Shown here piece after piece: positions 58,081 to 64,000 of a stretch of DNA of 64,000 nucleotides. The notes beneath the pieces are model-generated. The model was given only the letters and a program-made list of their open reading frames with translations, was not told the origin of the DNA and did not search any database. The stretch comes from Candidatus Obscuribacteraceae bacterium (GTDB lineage Bacteria > Cyanobacteriota > Vampirovibrionia > Obscuribacterales > Obscuribacteraceae): the NCBI GenBank assembly GCA_044229845.1, contig JBGASG010000001.1:224001-288000 (forward strand). Reading direction: 5' to 3'. The position numbers and the translations under genes are program-made. Each line of letters opens with the position of its first letter. The first letter of the stretch is position 1.

Positions 58081-59507
58081 TGAAACGCACGTGGCAATAC
58101 CAGTTGCGCGGGTTGATGCTTCCAGGGTTGAAGCGCTGGATCGTTTTCATCGGACTGGGTATTTTCGGCATCGTCTTCGGTGTCTGCTTGTTGCTCGACT
58201 TGCACCCGGTCGATGCGACGTTCCGCTTCACGAGAGAACTGTTGTCTGATGCGACGCGGCTCTTGCCGAGCCGAGTCAGCGGATTGTTGGCACTGTTGGC
58301 CGGGGGCATTCTGGTCTTCGCCTCGGTGGTGAAAATCCTGCACAACATACTCGGGGCGTACTTTCCAGACGACCGCGAGTCTATTCCTGATGTCCTCTAT
58401 AGAAAGCGGCATCTGGAGCGCGGTCCGAAAGTTGTTGTTGTCGGCGGAGGCACTGGACTTTCCACCTTGCTGAGGGGTTTGAAAGGTTTTACGCACAACA
58501 TAACGGCAGTTGTCACCGTCGGTGATGACGGCGGCAGCTCCGGGCGACTGCGACAAGAACTGGGCGTGTTGCCGCCCGGCGATTTGCGCAACTGCATAAC
58601 TGCCCTGGCCGATGAAGACAAACTGGTCACCGAACTTTTCCGCTACAGATTCGAACGTGGCGATGGGCTGGAAGGACATAGCTTTGGTAACTTGTTTTTG
58701 ACAGCGGTCTCGGCGATCACCAAGGGAGACATGCTGGAAGCGGCACGCGTCGCCAGTCGCGTCCTCAACAGCTGCGGGCAGGTTTTGCCTTCGACGCTGG
58801 TGAGCATGACATTGCATGCTGAATTTACCGACGGACGCACCGTCTGTGGTGAATCCAGCATCACCGATGCCGATGGACAAATTCGTCGATTGTCTTGTGA
58901 ACCAGCCTGTCCGGAAGCCACTCCGGAGGCGATTGAAGCGATCAAGAATGCCGACATGCTGGTGCTCGGTCCCGGCAGTCTCTATACATCGATTATTCCT
59001 AACTTGCTGGTGAACGGCATTCCGGAAGCCATTTCGGAATCGAAGGCGCGCAAAATCTATGTTTGCAATGTGATGACTCAAAAAGGCGAAACCACCAACT
59101 ACACGGTTGCCGATCACGTCATCGCCATTCTGCAGCACGCTGGGTTTGGACCGAACGTGCCCGGACGTCCCTCTGGAAAACTCCTGGAAGCGGTGCTCGT
59201 GAACGGGCAGCCGCCGACGTTCGATGGTAATTTGCCGGCGATTCCGGTGCGGTACGATCCCGATCGTCTGAAGGAACTGGGTGTGCGGGCTGTAGTTCGA
59301 CCATTATGCGGTGCGGACTTCCCGGGGCACCACGACCCGATCAAGCTGGCGCAATCACTAATGCTCTGGTATTTTCGCCAGAAACCGGGACGCACCGGCA
59401 AAAGCTCGGGGCGATTAGCGCGCGTTCAGTCCGTGCAACCAGGCAAGGTGCAGCAGCCGACAGAAACTGCGGCATCGGCTAGCACCAGCGCTCCAACACT
59501 TCCTTGA
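58077..59507 (+). CDS. yvcK: YvcK/GlmR (CofD-like) protein with N-terminal TM helices
   Basis: GGGTGLS, DDGGSSG, PPGDLRN, GHSFGNL and GPGSLYTS; N-terminal PGLKRW plus two TM helices. Confidence 0.88.
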   Translation: MMKRTWQYQLRGLMLPGLKRWIVFIGLGIFGIVFGVCLLLDLHPVDATFRFTRELLSDATRLLPSRVSGLLALLAGGILVFASVVKILHNILGAYFPDDRESIPDVLYRKRHLERGPKVVVVGGGTGLSTLLRGLKGFTHNITAVVTVGDDGGSSGRLRQELGVLPPGDLRNCITALADEDKLVTELFRYRFERGDGLEGHSFGNLFLTAVSAITKGDMLEAARVASRVLNSCGQVLPSTLVSMTLHAEFTDGRTVCGESSITDADGQIRRLSCEPACPEATPEAIEAIKNADMLVLGPGSLYTSIIPNLLVNGIPEAISESKARKIYVCNVMTQKGETTNYTVADHVIAILQHAGFGPNVPGRPSGKLLEAVLVNGQPPTFDGNLPAIPVRYDPDRLKELGVRAVVRPLCGADFPGHHDPIKLAQSLMLWYFRQKPGRTGKSSGRLARVQSVQPGKVQQPTETAASASTSAPTLP

Positions 59508-59871
59508 GCATCTGCAGGTTGTAGGGCTTGGAGATGTAGTCATCCATGCCCGCCGCCAGGCACTTTTCACGGTCGCCTTTCATGGCCAGGGCCGTCAGTG
59601 CAATGATCGGAGTCCTTTTGCCCTTGCGCTCTTCTGCCTGACGGATAGCTCTGGTGGCATCGAATCCGTCGAATTCGGGCATTTGTACATCCATCAAGAT
59701 GATGGCGTACTCCTTGGTCAATGCCTGTTCGACCGCTTCGCGTCCACCGGTGACGACATCGCAGTTAAAACCCAGTTTTTGCAAAAGCAGCAATGCGACC
59801 ATGCGATTGGAGTCGTGGTCTTCTACCAGAAGAACGCTGCGGGGTTGATTCGGTTGCAGGGCCCCTGACAT
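59479..59871 (-). CDS. Single-domain response regulator
   Basis: VLLVEDH, ILMDVQMP, IIALTA and GMDDYISKP. Start reassigned to MSGALQ. Confidence 0.85.
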   Translation of the reverse strand: MSGALQPNQPRSVLLVEDHDSNRMVALLLLQKLGFNCDVVTGGREAVEQALTKEYAIILMDVQMPEFDGFDATRAIRQAEERKGKRTPIIALTALAMKGDREKCLAAGMDDYISKPYNLQMLKEVLERWC

Positions 59872-60073
59872 AGGACTTATCCGCACTTTACTAAATGGAA
59901 CGGCAACATTGTCGCAGATGCCCAGGGGTGACGCCAATTCCTCTTGAAAATAATCTTCAGGTGGAGTGGGCGGGCGGAAAGGGCTTTTTGAGCTAATATT
60001 TAGGGCGCAATTGGCGAGGTAGACCGTCGTGTTGAACACCTCTACGACTTCGGGTCTGTTTGTAGACGCAGAA

Positions 60074-60559
60074 ATGTCCTCAGAGAAAAAAGATGCAATT
60101 GGTAAAGCCCTCGGGCGATTGGCATCTGGCGTCTTTATCGTGACCGCCAGTGATGACGGGTTGCCGACCGGCATGTTGGCCACCTGGGTATGTCAGGCGT
60201 CGTTTCATCCGCCGATGGTTTCGATTGCCATCAACAAAGAGCGTGGCATTCTAGCCGCTCTTAAGCCAGGTAGTGCCTTGACGGTCAATGTGTTGGCTAA
60301 GAATAACAGTGACATCTTCAAAGCGTTTGCCAAGCCTCAAGAACCTGGCGTCGATCGATTCGCCTCGTTGCCCCTGACTGTCACGCAAAACAACTGCCCG
60401 GCATTCGCTGCCGCGGTCTCTTATCTGGAGTGTCAGGTGCAGGCGCTGGCCGAGGCCGGCGATCATGTCATCGCTCTGGCGCAGGTGCTGCAGGGGCGAC
60501 TGCTCAATGCTGATGCGGAGCCGATGGTGCATCTGCGAAAAAACGGCTTTCAGTACTAG
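60074..60559 (+). CDS. Flavin reductase-like FMN-binding protein
   Basis: ALGRLASGVFIVT, WVCQASFHPP, AGDH and HLRKNGFQY. Confidence 0.85.
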   Translation: MSSEKKDAIGKALGRLASGVFIVTASDDGLPTGMLATWVCQASFHPPMVSIAINKERGILAALKPGSALTVNVLAKNNSDIFKAFAKPQEPGVDRFASLPLTVTQNNCPAFAAAVSYLECQVQALAEAGDHVIALAQVLQGRLLNADAEPMVHLRKNGFQY

Positions 60560-60572
60560 CCGTGGCTCTTTC

Positions 60573-62228
60573 TTACTTTCTGTCCAGCTTGATTTTGAGC
60601 GCCATGGTGGTGCCGGTCTTGGGCTCTGATTTGACGCTCAGATCAGCTTTGTAGAAACAGCGAATCAGCTCTGTGCGCTCGCGCATACTGCTCATGCCGA
60701 TGCCACCTTCTTTGGTGGCATGGCGGGCGCCCACTTCAATCGGATCGAAACCTTTACCGTCATCGCGCACGGTAAATATCAGCTCACTGTTTTCAAAATC
60801 GATCGTCAGCGTGATGTGCTCGGCTTGAGAATGGTTGGCGCTGTTGTTCAGGCATTCCTGCATGATGCGAAACACATGCAGCTCGACGGACGGGTCCAGG
60901 GGTGGCATCTCGATATCGCAGTAAGCGGCGCACTCGGCAGTCGTGCGTCGGGAGACTTGCTCTACCAGCGCCTTTAGAGTAGTGGAGAGACCCCAGTCGC
61001 TCAGATCCGACGGTGACAGTTCGTAGCAAATTTCGCGCAGCCGCGCGGTAATGTGATCGAGCGACTTCATAATCTCATCTTTGGAGAGTTTCTCGTCGCC
61101 AGCCAGTCCGCGTTTCAACGCGGTGACGTCGGAGATAACCGCGTCATGCAAGTCGCGTGCGATACGTCCTTGAATCTCTTCTTGTTGCGAGACGATCTTT
61201 TGAGCCAGGTTCTGTTTCTCGCTCAGCATCTGCTGAAAGTGCTGTCCCGGCAAAGAGTGCATGTCGAGAGCGAACTGCCAGGTGCCGGTGTTGGACTGGT
61301 CGTCGAATTTCTTGGTGGCCCGAATCAGATCTTGAAAGCAGGTGCGAGCTAGCAGCCTGAATTCGTCGTCGTCGACCGGAACGCCGTCGATTGCCCAGTA
61401 TTCACCGCGCTCGTCTTCGCAAAGCAAAAGCCGCATCTTCAGGCGGTGATCGTCGGCTCCGCGCAGAAACAAAAACTGCTCGGTGCTTGGCACCAGATAT
61501 AGTTCCAGCATGGCGCCGCTGCTGCGCGCCGCAAGGCTCCACGAACTGGTGGCAGCCCGCCAGCGGTGGATGACGATTGTCTCGGATGAATCAGGTTTTG
61601 CTTCACGAACCTGACCGAAGTCCGAGCAGGTGACTTGCAGCGAGGGCTGTTTAGTCAAGGCGTTCAGCTTGCCGGCATAAGACGCGATGTGCTGATAAAA
61701 AAGACCTGACAGTTCTTGCGCCTTCTTGTGCAGAGCGCCATCGACTGGTGCTTTTCCGGAGACTGCCCGAGTCGTCTTGGGTTGAATCAGACGGCTGACC
61801 CACTCAATGTCCGGAATCACCGGTTCTCTGCCCGTACGGCGGGCGGCGACCGAGTTGACCGTATAGATAATGCGCTTGCCCAGGATACTGAGGTCGGCTG
61901 TTTCAATCGTCCAGATTTCAGCTTCCGAGCCCTCCTGCCCAGGGGCGGCGGCTTTAGCCAGGGCGAGCTTCCAGAGAAGTTTCTTCTTGTCCTCGCGCAC
62001 GGAGAGGCGAAAGTGTCCATCGTCGCTCTTCCAGGCAAGGACGACATCTTTTCCGGGCGCCTGCTGGGCTGCCGTGACCATCTTACCCAGGTAGGACAAA
62101 TCCGGCGGCAGTGTCTGGTCTGAGCGCCAACCGGGCACTTCTACTGGCACATTGGAGGTCACATGGGGCTCCCGTCTCAGCCGACTCACCAGATGGTTTG
62201 TACCCGGTCGCGGCTTGTCCACCTTCAA
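60573..62228 (-). CDS. HisKA_3 (NarX/ComP-type) cytoplasmic histidine kinase
   Basis: EEIQGRIARDLHD, FRIMQECLNNSANHS, DDGKGF and GIGMSSMRER; long unrecognised N-terminus. Confidence 0.85.
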   Translation of the reverse strand: MKVDKPRPGTNHLVSRLRREPHVTSNVPVEVPGWRSDQTLPPDLSYLGKMVTAAQQAPGKDVVLAWKSDDGHFRLSVREDKKKLLWKLALAKAAAPGQEGSEAEIWTIETADLSILGKRIIYTVNSVAARRTGREPVIPDIEWVSRLIQPKTTRAVSGKAPVDGALHKKAQELSGLFYQHIASYAGKLNALTKQPSLQVTCSDFGQVREAKPDSSETIVIHRWRAATSSWSLAARSSGAMLELYLVPSTEQFLFLRGADDHRLKMRLLLCEDERGEYWAIDGVPVDDDEFRLLARTCFQDLIRATKKFDDQSNTGTWQFALDMHSLPGQHFQQMLSEKQNLAQKIVSQQEEIQGRIARDLHDAVISDVTALKRGLAGDEKLSKDEIMKSLDHITARLREICYELSPSDLSDWGLSTTLKALVEQVSRRTTAECAAYCDIEMPPLDPSVELHVFRIMQECLNNSANHSQAEHITLTIDFENSELIFTVRDDGKGFDPIEVGARHATKEGGIGMSSMRERTELIRCFYKADLSVKSEPKTGTTMALKIKLDRK

Positions 62229-62292
62229 TAAGGCGCGCGCGCGAACAAGATGCTGCTGCCGGGAATAATTTGTAGAGCTCGGTCGATATTAC

Positions 62293-64000
62293 ATGAAAGA
62301 CCCGCAACACGAACTAAGGGATGCCGATGCGCTTGAACTGGCAGGTGAGGAGCCTGCGTTTCTGGGCGTCGTGCTGGAGGGCAAGTACGAGTTGCAGTCG
62401 CAACTGGGACGCGGCGGCATGGGTGTGGTCTACAAGGCGTGGCATCGGCTTCTGGACCGGCCGGTGGCGGTGAAAATGTTGCACGCTCATCTGGTCGCGG
62501 ATGAGCAGCAGCTTCTGCAGATGCGCCGCGAAGCGCGCTTGATCGCAGACCTTGATCATCCCAATATCGTCTCCGTGCAAGCCTTTGGTACCACTCCCGA
62601 AGGGGCACCATATGTGGTGATGGAACTTCTGGAGGGGCGAACTCTAGCCGAGATACTGGAATCCGAGAAACAGCTGTCTATAGAGCGCACCGTCGACCTG
62701 GTGTTGCAGGTGGCGACCGCGTTGCAGTATTCGCACGAGAAAGGGATCATTCACCGTGATTTGAAGCCGAATAACATCGTTGTCTGTCCCGGCGAAAACG
62801 GTGCCGGTGAATCGGTGAAGATTGTCGATTTTGGCATCGCTCGCCGTGATGTGCAATCGCATACGGTGACGCAGGTGGTGGGTACGCCGCCTTACATGAG
62901 TCCTGAGCAGTGCATGGGAAAGCGTGGCACGGCCCAGGCTGATCTGTATTCACTGGCCTGTGTGATGCACGAGTGTGTCAGCGGGCAGCCGCCTTTTGTG
63001 GGCGAGAGTGCGATTGATACGTTGCGCATGCATCTCAGCGCTGAGCCGCCGCCTTTGAAAACGCTGCGAAAAGAAACTCCGGTGGCACTGCAAAACATCA
63101 CTTTGAAGCTGCTGGCGAAAGACCCGCAGGCGCGCTACGAATCAGCTGCTGAGCTTCTCGAAGATCTATCGGCGCTGAAGAAGTTTTTAGCGGGAGGCGG
63201 TTCAGAGCCCGTTGTGTTTGTTCCGTCCGCCAGCTTAGCTCAGAAGCGAAGGCGTGTTCCGAAACGGGGTTTGTTATTGGGCGTTGCTGGAGTTGTCAGT
63301 TTGTGTTGCTTGGGGCTTTTGGCGCAGTACTTCTTCTTCTTGTCGCGAGCAACTCACGATGACGCTGTTAGAGGGGCTGAACCGCAGTTAAATGACAAGG
63401 CTGAAGATCCGAAAATGGATGTCCAAGCGCGGTTGAGGATTTACTGTCAGCGGTTGGGTGCCGTGTCTGGTGAAACAGCTGGGAGTCTACCGAAGCATTT
63501 TGAAGAGGCTCTTTTAGAGCTGCGCAATCCCGGCACGCAGACCCCTAGACAGCTCAGTCCTAAGTTCATCAAGATGGCAACCTCTTACGAGATGCTCGCT
63601 GCAGAGTATTTCCTTCTGTCAAACAACGCCAGTCGTGCAGCCTATCATGCCGATCTAGCCGCTCGATACTCCCATTACAAAGAGCCTGCAGACCGCAGCA
63701 GCAGCTATGTGGAAGCGATGTGCCTGTTTGCCAAAGCCTGTCTCTCGGCTGGGAATGCGAATAAAGCCATGGAGGCTCTGGACCTGGCGGAAGGTGTATT
63801 GCCATCGTCAAGACCCGAAAACAGCCAGGCGTATCACGACTACAACCGGATAACTCCCGTTCGAATGCAGTCCTACTGGCAGCTCAAGCAATTCGACAAA
63901 GCCCTCGAGATGGCAGATGTGACAGCTCAAGCCGTGATCCCCTCCCATGATGCCGAGCACCAGGCGTCGAAATTGGAAGCCATGTGTCGTCTCGACGAGG
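62293..64000 (+). CDS. Hanks-type Ser/Thr protein kinase with TM helix (runs off right edge)
   Basis: Not in the ORF track; motifs translated by hand: LGRGGMGVVY, VAVKML, HRDLKPNN, DFGIA and GTPPYMSPEQ, then a TM segment and a helical (TPR-like) region. Confidence 0.88.
   Translation, partial: MKDPQHELRDADALELAGEEPAFLGVVLEGKYELQSQLGRGGMGVVYKAWHRLLDRPVAVKMLHAHLVADEQQLLQMRREARLIADLDHPNIVSVQAFGTTPEGAPYVVMELLEGRTLAEILESEKQLSIERTVDLVLQVATALQYSHEKGIIHRDLKPNNIVVCPGENGAGESVKIVDFGIARRDVQSHTVTQVVGTPPYMSPEQCMGKRGTAQADLYSLACVMHECVSGQPPFVGESAIDTLRMHLSAEPPPLKTLRKETPVALQNITLKLLAKDPQARYESAAELLEDLSALKKFLAGGGSEPVVFVPSASLAQKRRRVPKRGLLLGVAGVVSLCCLGLLAQYFFFLSRATHDDAVRGAEPQLNDKAEDPKMDVQARLRIYCQRLGAVSGETAGSLPKHFEEALLELRNPGTQTPRQLSPKFIKMATSYEMLAAEYFLLSNNASRAAYHADLAARYSHYKEPADRSSSYVEAMCLFAKACLSAGNANKAMEALDLAEGVLPSSRPENSQAYHDYNRITPVRMQSYWQLKQFDKALEMADVTAQAVIPSHDAEHQASKLEAMCRLDE

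Noticed and set aside
59945..60073. FMN riboswitch upstream of the flavin reductase
   Set aside because: ATCTTCAGG resembles the RFN start and local stems exist, but the conserved GGGTGAAATTCCC and later blocks are missing.
1..64000. Prophage, IS element, integrase, tRNA or rRNA
   Set aside because: No hallmark genes or RNA folds were recognised by eye; short or divergent RNAs could have been missed.

Overview
A gene-dense, roughly mid-50s %GC (estimated by eye) bacterial chromosomal segment read with the standard code. An RpaB-like OmpR regulator, CsaB, Mini-III, an ABC1/AarF kinase, membrane-anchored YvcK and a Hanks kinase, with no photosynthesis genes, suggest a non-photosynthetic Cyanobacteria relative (Melainabacteria/Vampirovibrionia, possibly Obscuribacterales). 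This assignment is an inference. Most of the window is core metabolism and regulation in scrambled, partial operons: gmhB, glcEF, gcvPB, rph, gpmI, phoR/phoB/phoU-like, holA, etfBA, ispG, rpe, cysE, fabF, cobU, def and rapZ-CTD/yvcK. It also holds a surface-glycosylation cluster and several two-component genes. I recognised no rRNA, tRNA, CRISPR array, integrase or transposase. The most unusual items are: an ATPase-less OLD-type TOPRIM gene coupled to a 4-TM gene; an orphan emfourin gene next to an SRPBCC protein carrying an internal signal-peptide-like segment; an EF-hand calpain-like protease; a 1556-aa repeat-built protein without a signal peptide; a fully degenerate REC-GGDEF-REC protein; a probable non-catalytic acyl-CoA dehydrogenase subunit; an 11/12-bp tandem array supplying the gpmI ribosome-binding site; and a REPIN-like palindrome. 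All family calls come from motif recognition by eye, not database searches.
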